Origin: Myxococcales bacterium
GTDB taxonomy: Bacteria; Myxococcota_A; Polyangia; Polyangiales; DASUME01
DNA: 64,000 bases
Assembly (NCBI GenBank): GCA_047601445.1
Contig: JASGJH010000001.1
Span: 6,016,001 to 6,080,000 of the forward strand
Direction: 5' to 3'
The notes below the pieces were generated by a model that was not told where the DNA came from, made no database searches, and saw nothing but the letters and a program-made list of their open reading frames with translations. A program made the translations under genes and the position numbers. Positions 38,353 through 48,217 of this stretch are shown here, piece by piece (position 1 is the stretch's first letter; each line of letters opens with the position of its first letter).

Positions 38353-40833
38353 TTACTTGCCCAGGCGCTTGGGGGCGTCGCGATCTGCCGGGTCGACCTC
38401 GAGGGCCTTCTCCCAGGCGGCGCGCGCTTCTTCGTTCTTGCCCTGGGCCTTCAGTGCGTCGCCTAGCTGTACCCGGTATCGCGAGCGCTTGGGACGCAGC
38501 TTGATGGCGGTCTCGAACGAAGCCTGCGCCAGCGCCGGCTCGCCGAGCTCGAGCAACGCCTGGCCGAGGCCGGCCTGGGCGTGGGGATTCTTGGAGTCGC
38601 GGGCCAAGGCAGCTTCGAACAGGGGCTTGGCCATGCTCGGGTTCTTCTCCGCCAGGAGGCGGGTGCCGTCCTTGATGAGCGCTTCGAGCGCTTCCGGATT
38701 GGCGGCGCCTTCGTCGGCTGGAGCCGCAGCTGCCGGCGCCGCGCTCGGTGCAGGCGCGCTGGGAGCCACGGTTGGTGCTGCGGGTTCGGCTGCGGCTGCT
38801 GCGGTCGGTGCAGATGCAGCGGGTGCGGCTGCCGGCGCGGGCGCCTGGGCTTCCGCACTGGGAGCTGCCGGGGCCGTCGGCGCGGGTGGCTGCGCTGTAG
38901 GTGCAGCGGCGGCGGGCGCGCTGGGGAGTGCCTCGGCCTTGGCAGGGGTCGCCGGCGCTGCCGGCGCAGATGCGACGGGAGGCGCGGCTTGCTTGGTGCG
39001 CGACCAGACCACGTAGCCGATCTCACCCGCAGCAAGCAGGAGCAACACAGCGAGCGCGATGGTGCGACCGTTGCGCTTGACGCTCTCGGGTCGCTCCATC
39101 GTGATGGTCTCTTCCTGAGACTCATCGCGCGAGAAGTTCATGGGGCCGGTGCCCGTCGAGACGCGCGTCGTAGGCTCTGCCGAGCGCGCCAGGGAGCTCG
39201 CATCGAAGGGCACGGTCGCAGCAGGGGCACGCACGTCGTTGCCGAAGCCCGCGAAGTCGTCGCCGAGGGTGGAGCCGGAGTCGGACAGCAAATCGGCTTG
39301 CCGCATCTTGGCGACCTCTGCTCGGATCTCGTCGATCTTGCCGCTCTGCGTGACCGCCGTGTCTTCCTCGCCCTCGAGCTCCATCGGATCCCCGGGCTGC
39401 GACACGCGCGGCGGGGCGGGATCGGTGGGAGTGTCACCGAGGCTGACGCGCTCGATGCGTTCGACGCGGCTACCACCGAGCTCGTTGAAGTGGAGGTCTG
39501 CCTCGCTGGGGGCCGGGGCCGGCAGCGTGGGCATCAGCTCGCGTTGGTTGTTGGCGGGTTCGAAGTCCAGATTGTGCAGCAGATCCGAGTCCGCCTCAGG
39601 CACCGCGCTCTGGGCAGGGGGCACCGGCTTCGCTTCCACGCCGGAGGTCATGCTGCGCCCTGGGGCCGCCACATGCGTGGGCGTGGGCTGGAGTTCCATG
39701 GGCGCCGGAGCCGGCGGCTCGGGTGCCTCGGGCTTGGCCGGCGAGCGCACGCCGAACGCGCCCAGGGCAGGCAAACTGCCGGGCGCAATGCCCATCATGG
39801 TGCGTCCGGGCTTGCCGAGCTCTGCGCCGCCCGCGGGACGCGCTCCGCTCTGGGGCACGCTCGCGACCGGGGCCATTGGCTTGGCGGCGGCAACATTGGC
39901 CGTGGGAGCGGGCGGCGGGGCCGCGACCTTGGGTGCAGGCGGAGCTGGCACCGGCGGCGCGGGGCGCGCGATGGCGGGTGCCAGTCCCATGATGGTGCGC
40001 CCGGGTTGCACGCGCATGTCCTTGGCCGCACTCACGGACGAGCCGAGGCTCGCGGGGCTGGCAGGCTTGAACGGCTCGGCTGCCGGCTTGGCTTCCGCCT
40101 TCTTGTTCGCCGCGTCTTCATTGGCGATCTCGGCCGCCGCCGCGTGGCGCTCCTGGGCCGCGGTCGCCAGCGCCTGATCGAGCGGCTCCATGATGTTCAT
40201 GGCCGACGGATGCTGCAGGCGCGCCACCGTCACGCTCGCGTCACTCAAGCCGAGCACGCGCGCCAGGGCCTTCCAGGCCTCGAAGCGCGTCCCCGCGCGT
40301 TCCATGAAGCAGCTCACCAAGAGCTCGTTGGAGAGCGTGAGCGAAGCCTTGCCCTCGCTGCCGACCGCGAACTCCACCTGCAGCGTGGTCCCCGCCATGC
40401 CCAGTGCGCGCAAGATGCGCGTGGGTCCGAGCGGCAAGAGATCCGTGGTGAACGACGGCTCTTTGCGCGCGCGATCCGTGAGCGCGCGGTCTGCCGCCGT
40501 CACCGGGGCGAGCGCGTTCTCGAGCAGCGCGAACTGCAGCTCTCCGCCGTCGGGCAGCACCTTGGCGAAGTCCAGGTTTACCACCGACGCCCAGCGTGCT
40601 CGCACATCGGCGCGCATCTCGCCCACGCGTGTTTGCGTGTTCTGGGCGCTGCGCGTGTCGATGACCAACACGTCGGCTCCTCGTAGCGCGATGGGATCAC
40701 GCGACGAGCTCTTGAGATCCCCCACATTGGCCCTGCGTTCACGCAGCGCCTTGCCGAGGGCTTGAGTACGCTGCTCGTCTTCGCTGACGAGCAGGACATG
40801 GAGACCTTCGAGGATGTTGGTGTTTGCCGGCAC
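38353..40833 (-). CDS. Bitopic protein: receiver-like N-terminus, Pro/Ala-rich linkers, TM helix, C-terminal TPRs
   Basis: HVLLVSED...DVLVID N-terminus; low-complexity P/A; TM IALAVLLLLAAGEIGYVVW; TPRs (AQAGLGQALLELG, LGDALKAQGKNEEARAAWEKAL). Confidence 0.78.
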   Translation of the reverse strand: MPANTNILEGLHVLLVSEDEQRTQALGKALRERRANVGDLKSSSRDPIALRGADVLVIDTRSAQNTQTRVGEMRADVRARWASVVNLDFAKVLPDGGELQFALLENALAPVTAADRALTDRARKEPSFTTDLLPLGPTRILRALGMAGTTLQVEFAVGSEGKASLTLSNELLVSCFMERAGTRFEAWKALARVLGLSDASVTVARLQHPSAMNIMEPLDQALATAAQERHAAAAEIANEDAANKKAEAKPAAEPFKPASPASLGSSVSAAKDMRVQPGRTIMGLAPAIARPAPPVPAPPAPKVAAPPPAPTANVAAAKPMAPVASVPQSGARPAGGAELGKPGRTMMGIAPGSLPALGAFGVRSPAKPEAPEPPAPAPMELQPTPTHVAAPGRSMTSGVEAKPVPPAQSAVPEADSDLLHNLDFEPANNQRELMPTLPAPAPSEADLHFNELGGSRVERIERVSLGDTPTDPAPPRVSQPGDPMELEGEEDTAVTQSGKIDEIRAEVAKMRQADLLSDSGSTLGDDFAGFGNDVRAPAATVPFDASSLARSAEPTTRVSTGTGPMNFSRDESQEETITMERPESVKRNGRTIALAVLLLLAAGEIGYVVWSRTKQAAPPVASAPAAPATPAKAEALPSAPAAAAPTAQPPAPTAPAAPSAEAQAPAPAAAPAASAPTAAAAAEPAAPTVAPSAPAPSAAPAAAAPADEGAANPEALEALIKDGTRLLAEKNPSMAKPLFEAALARDSKNPHAQAGLGQALLELGEPALAQASFETAIKLRPKRSRYRVQLGDALKAQGKNEEARAAWEKALEVDPADRDAPKRLGK

Positions 40834-40997
40834 GCTTTAAGTGGGTTGAGTCTATCACCACCCGTTCTCGATCCGTGCTTTTAGAATCCTTGTTTTCATC
40901 GGTCGCACGGTGTAGGAGCCTTTCGCCCATAAGGCGTCCTGAACGGGAGTGACCTTTGATTGAACCTGGTAAACCCAGCGCGCGCGTCGACCCCAGC

Positions 40998-42230
40998 ATG
41001 GCGGCGTCCCCACCGACGCGGCTCGACTCCTACCAGCGCAAGTTGTTCGTCTTTCTCGGGGTCGCCACGTTTTTCGAGGGCTTCGACTACGTGGCGCTCT
41101 CGCAGCTGGTGCCCGCACTGCGCGCCGAATACCAGCTCTCGGTCAGCGAGGGCGGTCTCTTGCTCGCGGTCACCGGGTTTGGTGCGCCGCTGTCGTACGT
41201 GCTCATACGTCGGGCAGACGTCGTCGGCCGGCGTCGCATGCTCAGCTACACCATCGCGGGCTACACGCTGTTCTCCCTGCTCTCCGGCTTCGCCCCGTCG
41301 GCGTGGCTATTCGGCGCGGCCCAGCTGTTCGCGCGGGCCTTCCTGCTGGCCGAGTACGCCCTCAGCATGGTCTATGTGACGGAGGAGTTTCCCGCCGACC
41401 GACGTGGCTTCGCCGTGGGCATCATCCAGGGCATGAACAGCCTCGGCTCCATCGTATGCGCCGGCCTCGTGCCCATGCTGCTGAAGACCCCCGCCGGCTT
41501 CCGCAGCGTGTACTTCGTGGGCGCCATCCCGCTGTGCATCCTCATCTGGCTACGCCGCAACGTGCGCGAGACGGGCCGCTTCACACGCCTCAAGGAGAGC
41601 GGACAGCTACCTCGCCCGGACCTGCTGCGAATTTTCCGCACGCCGCACCGTCGCCGGTTGCCGTTGCTCGCCACCATCTGGTCGCTCACCTACATGTGTT
41701 GCTACGTCTCGATCCTTTATTGGAAGGAGTTCGCAGTGCAGGAGCGCGGTCTGGTCGACAAGCAGACCTCCCTGGCCCTGATGATCGCCGCCCTCGTCTC
41801 CCTGCCCCTGGTGTTCGGCTCGGGAAAGCTCCTCGACGCCATCGGCCGCAAGCGCGGCGCCGTGATTATCTTCGGCGTCGCCAGCGCCTCGGCCATCCTG
41901 GCCTTCGTCCCGCACAACTTCTGGCTACTCACGGCGGGGCTCACGGGCGTGATCTTCGCGTCCAGCGCCTCGCTCCCGCTGCTCACCGCCTTCACGCTGG
42001 AGTTGTTCCCCACGGAGCTTCGGGCGGATGGCTTCGGCTGGGCCAACAACCTCCTGGGACGCATCGGCTACGTCGGAGGCCCCTTCCTGGTGAGCCAAAT
42101 CGCGCAGCACCACGGCTACAGCCATACCATCGCCGCCACGGCCATCTTTCCGATGATCGCGCTCGTCCTCATCCTCACGCGCCTCCCCGAGACCGGCAAC
42201 CGCGAGCTCGAGGACACCAGCGCGCTCTAG
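40998..42230 (+). CDS. MFS transporter
   Basis: FFEGFD, ADVVGRR (motif A), EEFPADRRG, DAIGRK, ELFPTELR, LPET. Start ATG 40998. Confidence 0.92.
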   Translation: MAASPPTRLDSYQRKLFVFLGVATFFEGFDYVALSQLVPALRAEYQLSVSEGGLLLAVTGFGAPLSYVLIRRADVVGRRRMLSYTIAGYTLFSLLSGFAPSAWLFGAAQLFARAFLLAEYALSMVYVTEEFPADRRGFAVGIIQGMNSLGSIVCAGLVPMLLKTPAGFRSVYFVGAIPLCILIWLRRNVRETGRFTRLKESGQLPRPDLLRIFRTPHRRRLPLLATIWSLTYMCCYVSILYWKEFAVQERGLVDKQTSLALMIAALVSLPLVFGSGKLLDAIGRKRGAVIIFGVASASAILAFVPHNFWLLTAGLTGVIFASSASLPLLTAFTLELFPTELRADGFGWANNLLGRIGYVGGPFLVSQIAQHHGYSHTIAATAIFPMIALVLILTRLPETGNRELEDTSAL

Positions 42231-42244
42231 CGGGAGCTGCTTGC

Positions 42245-42398
42245 CGTGAGCGTGGTGGTGGACGTGAACTTTGATCGGCGACGCGGACGGTGTGCGTGGA
42301 CCCCCCGATCGTCGACGACCGGAGCGCTCGCGCAGGCGGTCGCCGTCGCTGAGCAAGTCCACGGCCCGACCAAGTCGAGGTCAACGTGGTTCACGACG
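42245..42398. repeat. Imperfect intergenic palindrome rich in GTGGAC/GTGAAC/CGTCGC hexamers
   Basis: gtggacgtgaactttgatcggcgacg ... cgccgtcgctgagcaagtccacg ... gtcaacgtggttcacgacg between convergent genes. Confidence 0.5.
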
Positions 42399-42519
42399 AA
42401 CTGTCGAGACTGCCCCTTAAAACGCCGAAGGCCCCGGCAAGCGGGCGCTTTCGCCCTGCACGCCGAGGCCCGTTCGGGACTCCAAGAAAGTTCGATTTAA
42501 GCCTGGAAAACTGGGTGAA

Positions 42520-44004
42520 TCAGGGCGTGCCGACGCTGCCGCCCACGTTGACGCCGCCGCTGGGCGCCACGGTGGTGCCGGTGGTGCCGTTGATGGCGCC
42601 GCCCGTGCTGCCCTCGACGGGCGCGGGAGGTGGAGGCGGTGCGTACTCGGGAGTGGCCGCGGGTTCCACGGGCTCGGAGGGCACGGGCTCGGTGGGCTGC
42701 GGCTCGGCCGGAGCGACCTCGACCTGGCTGGTGCCGCTCGAGAACACGTCGCCGAACTTGTAGGTGAGCGTGGCCATCGCGAGGAAGCCGTTGGCGTTGC
42801 CGCCGATGAAGTTCGGTCCGCCCGTCACGAAGCCGTTCTGGACCACGCCGTCGAAGGCGAAGTTGTTCTTGGCCAGACCGAGACCCGCCGTCCAGATGAA
42901 GTTGCCCGTGCTGGCGCGCTCCTTGGTGGGGTTGTCGGTGGTGTCGCGCACGCGGTCGATGCTCCAGCTGTACTGGGTGCCGGTGCGCACGTAGAGCCAA
43001 TCGAGCAGCTGCACTTCGGCGGCCATGTTCACCATGGGCACGAAGAAGTTGAGGCTCTTGGTGGCGTCGTTGTCGGTCTTCGTGTCCGGATCGCTCTTGC
43101 CGATCGCACCCAAGAAGCCGCCGTAGGCCGCGATCTTCGCGATGGCGAGGTTGATCACCGGACCGATGCCGCCCATCAAGCCCACGTCGAACGTGTTGGC
43201 CTTGAGATCGGGGTCCTGGGTCTTGTCCTTGAAGTGCTCGTTGGTGAACGACGCGTTGCCGAGCAAGCCGATGTCCACGACGTCGTTGACCGGGATGTAG
43301 CCGCGGGCGAGGAAGCCGGCGCGCACGCGTGTGCCGCTGTTGATGTCTTGCTGGTCGCCGGCGGCGTCCAGGCCGGTGGAGTTCGCGAAGGCGACCACCA
43401 CGTTACCCGACAAATCCAGGCGCAAGCCCTGCTTGGGCAGGATGCTGTAGCCGGCCTGAAGGGCCGCGAAGGTCTGCTGCGCCTTCTCGGTTTCACCGTC
43501 CACGTTGCGGGCCTGAATGCCGCGCCCGAAGCCCAAGCGCAGACCGAAGGCGTTATCGCCAATGGCCTTGCCGTACATCACGTCGAACACGGTGGCCGGT
43601 GCGATGGGCCCGGCGTTGGAGCCCGCCGCGGCCGGGGCGGCGAAGACGCCAGTGGTGGGGGCGGTGAAGGGGTTCTGCACGCCCGACAACCACTCGAGCT
43701 CGGTGTTGAAGCCGACGATGTCGGGGCTCAGCAAGTCACCGCGGTGCAGCGCGATACCGAAGGCGTGGTTCTCGTTGCCGAGCGTCAACACGCCGTTGCC
43801 GGAGCCAGAGTTTCCGCCGTAATCCAGGCGGATCATGTTGCGGTGCAACACCGTGGTCTGCGGGAAAGGGAAGACGTCGTCCGGATCCTTGATCAGCAAG
43901 TTTCCGCCGAGCGAAGTACGTCGATCTGCTTGGGCCGTCTCCACCAGCCAGGTCGCATTGGCCGTTAGGCACAACAAGCCCACCAAGAGCTTCCGATTTT
44001 GCAT
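42520..44004 (-). CDS. Putative outer-membrane beta-barrel protein with Pro/Glu/Gly-rich C-tail
   Basis: Signal ending AQA; alternating-hydrophobic strands (WLYVRTG, FIWTAGLGL, MATLTYKF); biased codon use; GAGGTGGAG RBS before ATG 44004. Confidence 0.72.
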   Translation of the reverse strand: MQNRKLLVGLLCLTANATWLVETAQADRRTSLGGNLLIKDPDDVFPFPQTTVLHRNMIRLDYGGNSGSGNGVLTLGNENHAFGIALHRGDLLSPDIVGFNTELEWLSGVQNPFTAPTTGVFAAPAAAGSNAGPIAPATVFDVMYGKAIGDNAFGLRLGFGRGIQARNVDGETEKAQQTFAALQAGYSILPKQGLRLDLSGNVVVAFANSTGLDAAGDQQDINSGTRVRAGFLARGYIPVNDVVDIGLLGNASFTNEHFKDKTQDPDLKANTFDVGLMGGIGPVINLAIAKIAAYGGFLGAIGKSDPDTKTDNDATKSLNFFVPMVNMAAEVQLLDWLYVRTGTQYSWSIDRVRDTTDNPTKERASTGNFIWTAGLGLAKNNFAFDGVVQNGFVTGGPNFIGGNANGFLAMATLTYKFGDVFSSGTSQVEVAPAEPQPTEPVPSEPVEPAATPEYAPPPPPAPVEGSTGGAINGTTGTTVAPSGGVNVGGSVGTP

Positions 44005-44233
44005 TTGCTCCACCTCGTCGGGCGCAGGGCCCCCCTGGTCGATGCGCAACGGCACCGACACGTCCCACACGGACGCGGTCGAACGCTATCAATGCTCACT
44101 CGGAAACCAAAGAAACCGACACGTCTTCGGTAACGAAGACCGGCAAAACACCCAGAAGTCCTAACAAACCGCTAGTTTCGCGTCCCCAGGCAGGGGCGCA
44201 CTGAAGTCTGATCAGCGATCCTGAGGGTCTGAA

Positions 44234-45076
44234 CTAGACCGGTTCCAGACGCGCCATCACGTCTGCAAGATTCTCGCGCCAGTCGGTCATGGGGCCGACC
44301 AGGGCTTCGGTGGGAGCGAGGTCGAGCACGCTGTAAGCGGGGCGCTTGGCGGGGCGCGCAAAGTCTGCTGAAGTCGTCGGCAAGACGCGCGCCTTGTGGC
44401 CCGCGATGCGCACGATGGCGCTGGCGAACTCGAACCAGGTGCACTCGCCGCCGTCGGTGACGTGCAGCGTGCCACGCGCACCCTTGTCGAGCAGCGCGAG
44501 GGTCACGCGCGCCAGGTGCTCGGCGCTGGTGGGCCGGCCGCGCTGATCGTTCACCACTTTGAGCTCGTCACGCTCACGCGACGCCTTGTAGATGGTGCGC
44601 ACGAAGTTGTTGGCCCACGGCGCGTAGAGCCAGCTCGTGCGTAAAATCAGGTGCGGTCCTTTGGCATCCCAGATGGCCTGCTCGCCCACGGCCTTGGAGC
44701 GCCCGTAAGCGTTGACCGGCGCGTGCGGCTCATCCACGCGATAGGGATGACTCGACTCGCCCGGGAACACGTAGTCGGTGCTGTAGTGGACCAAGGGAAT
44801 GTTCCGCTTGGCGCAGGCCTCTGCCACGATGCGTACGCCCTCACCGTTGGCGCGGGTCGCCGCGGCTTCGTCGGCCTCGGCGCCGTCGACGTTGGTGTAG
44901 GCCGCGCAGTTGAGCACTGCGGAGAAGGGCTGCGCGAGCACGCTCTCGACGTGCGCCGGATTGGTCAGGTCGAACTCGGGCAAGTCGACGCCCACGAAGG
45001 ACTCGCCGCGCGCCGTGAGGAGCTCGCGCAGAGCGCGCCCGAGCATGCCTCGTGCTCCCAGGATCAATGTGCTCAT
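44234..45076 (-). CDS. rmlD: dTDP-4-dehydrorhamnose reductase
   Basis: GARGMLG, NCAAYTNVD, STDYVF, YGRSK, DQRGRPT, AKRPAYS; own ATG at 45076. Confidence 0.93.
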   Translation of the reverse strand: MSTLILGARGMLGRALRELLTARGESFVGVDLPEFDLTNPAHVESVLAQPFSAVLNCAAYTNVDGAEADEAAATRANGEGVRIVAEACAKRNIPLVHYSTDYVFPGESSHPYRVDEPHAPVNAYGRSKAVGEQAIWDAKGPHLILRTSWLYAPWANNFVRTIYKASRERDELKVVNDQRGRPTSAEHLARVTLALLDKGARGTLHVTDGGECTWFEFASAIVRIAGHKARVLPTTSADFARPAKRPAYSVLDLAPTEALVGPMTDWRENLADVMARLEPV

Positions 45077-45637
45077 CGGAAGTCCTCGTAGCGCGGCAGC
45101 TTGTTGGGATCGATCTGCGAGAGCTTGGGGTTCTTGAGAATCCTTGGCGCCCAGCGTCGGGTTCTTGATGGGCCAGGCGATGGCCACGTCCGGATCGTCC
45201 CAGGCGATGCCCACCTCGCACTCCGGGTGGTAGAGGTCCGTGCACTTGTAGGCGAACTGCGCGAACTCGCTGACCACGCAGAAGCCGTGCGCGAAGCCCG
45301 GTGGCACCCAGAGCTGATGATGGTTCTGGGCCGACAAGGCCACGCCGGTCCACTTGCCGAAGGTTGGCGAGCCCACGCGGACATCGATGGCCACGTCGAA
45401 GACTTCGCCTTCCACCACGCTCACGAGCTTGCCCTGGGCGTGCGGCAGCTGCATGTGCATGCCGCGCAGGATGCCGTGGGAAGAACGCGACAGGTTGTCC
45501 TGCACGAAGGGCAGCCGAATGCCCACCTCGGAATAGCGCTTGGCCTGAAAGGTCTCGATGAAGAAGCCGCGCTCGTCGCCGAACACCTGCGGTTCGATCA
45601 AGAGCACCTCGGGCAGTGATTGTGGAGTGACCTTCAC
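45073..45637 (-). CDS. rmlC: dTDP-4-dehydrorhamnose 3,5-epimerase (apparent one-base insertion near 45139 fuses it to rmlD)
   Basis: FGDERGFF, VQDNLSRS, LRGMH, QGKLV, GFAHGF, YKCT; the natural-looking C-terminus KNPKLSQIDPNKLPRYEDFR* is in another frame. Confidence 0.9.
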
Positions 45638-45641
45638 GTGA

Positions 45642-46520
45642 CTACCTACCCCGCTGAATCAGTTCGATCAGATATTGGCCGTAGCCCGTCTTCTTGAGCG
45701 GCTCTGCCAGCGCGAGCACCTGCTCCTGCGACAGCCAACCCTTGTTGAACGCGATCTCTTCCGGACACGCGACCTTGAGGCCCTGGCGCTGCTCGATGGT
45801 CTGGATGAAGGTGGAGGCCTGCATCAGCGAATCGTGCGTGCCGGTGTCGAGCCAGGCCACGCCGCGTCCGAAGATCTCCATGTTGAGCTTGCCCTGCTCG
45901 AGGTAGAGCCGATTGAGGTCGGTGATCTCCAGTTCCCCGCGCTTGCTGGGCTTGAGACTGGCCGCCAGGTCCACCACCTGATTGTCGTAGAAGTAGAGCC
46001 CGGTCACGGCGTAGTTGCTCTTGGGCTGCGCGGGCTTCTCTTCGAGGCCGACCACCTTGCCCTGGGCGTTGAACTCGGCGACGCCGTAGGCCGTGGGATT
46101 CGAGACCCAGTAGCCGAACACGGTGGCACCCTCGCTGCGCTTGCTGGCGTCGCTGAGCATGCCCTGGATGCCGTGGCCGTAGAAGATGTTGTCACCCAGC
46201 ACCAGCGCGCAGGGGTCCTTGCCCACGAACTCGCGTCCGATGATGAAGGCCTGCGCGAGTCCGTCGGGGCTCGGCTGCACGGCGTAGGAGATGTTCATGC
46301 CCCACTGCTTGCCGTCGCCCAGAAGCCGCTGAAAGCCGGCCTGATCGTGAGGCGTGGTGATGACCAGTACCTCGCGGATACCTCCCAGCATCAGGGTGCT
46401 GAGCGGGTAGTAGATCATGGGTTTGTCGTAGACCGGCATGAGCTGTTTGCTCACGGCGATGGTCAACGGATGAAGGCGTGTGCCCGAGCCGCCCGCCAGA
46501 ATGATGCCCTTTTTGATCAT
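45642..46520 (-). CDS. rmlA: Glucose-1-phosphate thymidylyltransferase
   Basis: [45 protein letters not shown]. Confidence 0.97.
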   Translation of the reverse strand: MIKKGIILAGGSGTRLHPLTIAVSKQLMPVYDKPMIYYPLSTLMLGGIREVLVITTPHDQAGFQRLLGDGKQWGMNISYAVQPSPDGLAQAFIIGREFVGKDPCALVLGDNIFYGHGIQGMLSDASKRSEGATVFGYWVSNPTAYGVAEFNAQGKVVGLEEKPAQPKSNYAVTGLYFYDNQVVDLAASLKPSKRGELEITDLNRLYLEQGKLNMEIFGRGVAWLDTGTHDSLMQASTFIQTIEQRQGLKVACPEEIAFNKGWLSQEQVLALAEPLKKTGYGQYLIELIQRGR

Positions 46521-46563
46521 CGTTTCTCCGCTCGCGTCGCCCGAGGGCGCGCTTCGACTTCCT

Positions 46564-47613
46564 TCAGCGTGTTCCGTAATTCTGGTCGATCCATTTGCGG
46601 TAGTCGCCCGAGCGCACTTCCTCCACCCAGGCCTTGTTCTCGAGGTACCAGCGCACGGTCTTACGGAAGCCGGTCTCGAAGGTTTCCTTGGGTTTCCAGC
46701 CGAGCTCGCGTTCCAGCTTGGTGGCGTCGATGGCGTAGCGCAGGTCGTGGCCCGGACGGTCGGTCACGTAGGTGATGAGCTTGAGCAGCTCCTGCTCGTC
46801 GGCCCCGGTCTCCTCGGCCACCACGCGGATCAGCTTGTGCACCACGTCGATGTTCTTGAGCTCGTTGAAGCCGCCGATGTTGTAGGTGTCGTCCACCTTA
46901 CCCTTCTGGATCACCGTCCAGATGGCCTCGCAGTGGTCGGTCACGTAGAGCCAGTCGCGGACGTTCTCACCCTTGCCGTAGACGGGCAGGGGCTTGCGCT
47001 CCACGATGTTGCTGATCATCAGCGGGATGAGCTTCTCGGGGAACTGCAGCGGGCCGTAGTTGTTGGAGCAGTTGGTGACCTTGGTGGCGAGCTTGAAGGT
47101 GCGCGCGTAGGCCCGCACCAGGTGGTCGCTGGCAGCCTTCGACGCCGAGTAGGGGCTCGAGGGGTCGTAGCGAGTCTCTTCGGTGAAGAGGCCGCTGTCG
47201 CCCAGGGAGCCGTAGACCTCGTCGGTGCTGACGTGGTGGAACAGACCATAGCCGGGCTTCCAGTTGGCGCGACACGCTTCCAGCAGGTTGAAGGTGCCCT
47301 CGATGTTGGCACGCACGAAGGCTCGCGGGCCCTTGATGCTGCGGTCCACGTGGCTCTCGGCCGCGAAGTGCACCACCAGTTCGGGGTTGTACTTCTTGAA
47401 GAGGGCGTCCACGGCGTCGAAGTCCGCGATGTCCACGCGCTCGAAGACGTAGTTCGGCAGCTTGTCGGTGCCGCTGAGGCTCAGGTTCTTGAGGTTCGCG
47501 GCGTAGGTGAGGACGTCGACGTTGATGAAGGTATGTTCGGGGTGCCGGGGCACCAGGAGATTCAGGAAGTTGGAACCGATAAAGCCGGCGCCGCCGGTGA
47601 CCACGATCTTCAT
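46564..47613 (-). CDS. rmlB: dTDP-glucose 4,6-dehydratase
   Basis: [42 protein letters not shown]. Start is ATG 47613, not 48459. Confidence 0.97.
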   Translation of the reverse strand: MKIVVTGGAGFIGSNFLNLLVPRHPEHTFINVDVLTYAANLKNLSLSGTDKLPNYVFERVDIADFDAVDALFKKYNPELVVHFAAESHVDRSIKGPRAFVRANIEGTFNLLEACRANWKPGYGLFHHVSTDEVYGSLGDSGLFTEETRYDPSSPYSASKAASDHLVRAYARTFKLATKVTNCSNNYGPLQFPEKLIPLMISNIVERKPLPVYGKGENVRDWLYVTDHCEAIWTVIQKGKVDDTYNIGGFNELKNIDVVHKLIRVVAEETGADEQELLKLITYVTDRPGHDLRYAIDATKLERELGWKPKETFETGFRKTVRWYLENKAWVEEVRSGDYRKWIDQNYGTR

Positions 47614-47902
47614 CTCGCAAGGGTAGCTGAAGGCTTGCGGAGGTCGAAGCGGGTCGCGTGTCGCATGAGATGGGGTCGGAGCGCGCGGAACTGCTCGCAG
47701 TTTCAGCCCGAGTCGACGCGGCACGAGGGGGCGAAGCTGTCGAGGGAACACCGCCCAAATCGCGATTTTGCTACGCTGAAATCTCAACCGTGCCCCGAAG
47801 GCCGTCGAGTCGGGGTCGCATCCTGGTTTTGCTCGCTGGCGGGTCCGCCCGCCTCGAGGGGCCAAAAGCGCGGCTTTGCCCGCGATTTCCGAGGGTGACC
47901 GA

Positions 47903-48217
47903 ATGACGAGACCGACCATCAGTTTGGACAGCGTGGTCCAGGCGACGCCGCGCCAGGTTTCCACCGAGCTGGGCGAGGAGACGGTGATCCTGGGCGTCGA
48001 ACGCGGGCAGTACTTCGGGTTGAGCGAGGTGGGGACGCGGCTCTGGGCGCTGGTGCAGGAGCCCACCTCGGTGGATGCCCTGTGTTGCGGCCTGTTCGCT
48101 GAGTACGAGGTGAGCCGACCGACCCTGGAGTCCGACGTGCTCGAGCTGCTGGCTGCGCTGCATGACCAGGGCCTGATCGACGTCCTGCCACGACCGCAGC
48201 CACAGCCGGTCCCGTGA
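47903..48217 (+). CDS. PqqD-family RiPP recognition element (lasso B1)
   Basis: QVSTELGEETVIL, YFGLSEVGTRLWAL, EYEVS, DVLELLAALHDQGLI; stop overlaps the cyclase GTG. Confidence 0.9.
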   Translation: MTRPTISLDSVVQATPRQVSTELGEETVILGVERGQYFGLSEVGTRLWALVQEPTSVDALCCGLFAEYEVSRPTLESDVLELLAALHDQGLIDVLPRPQPQPVP

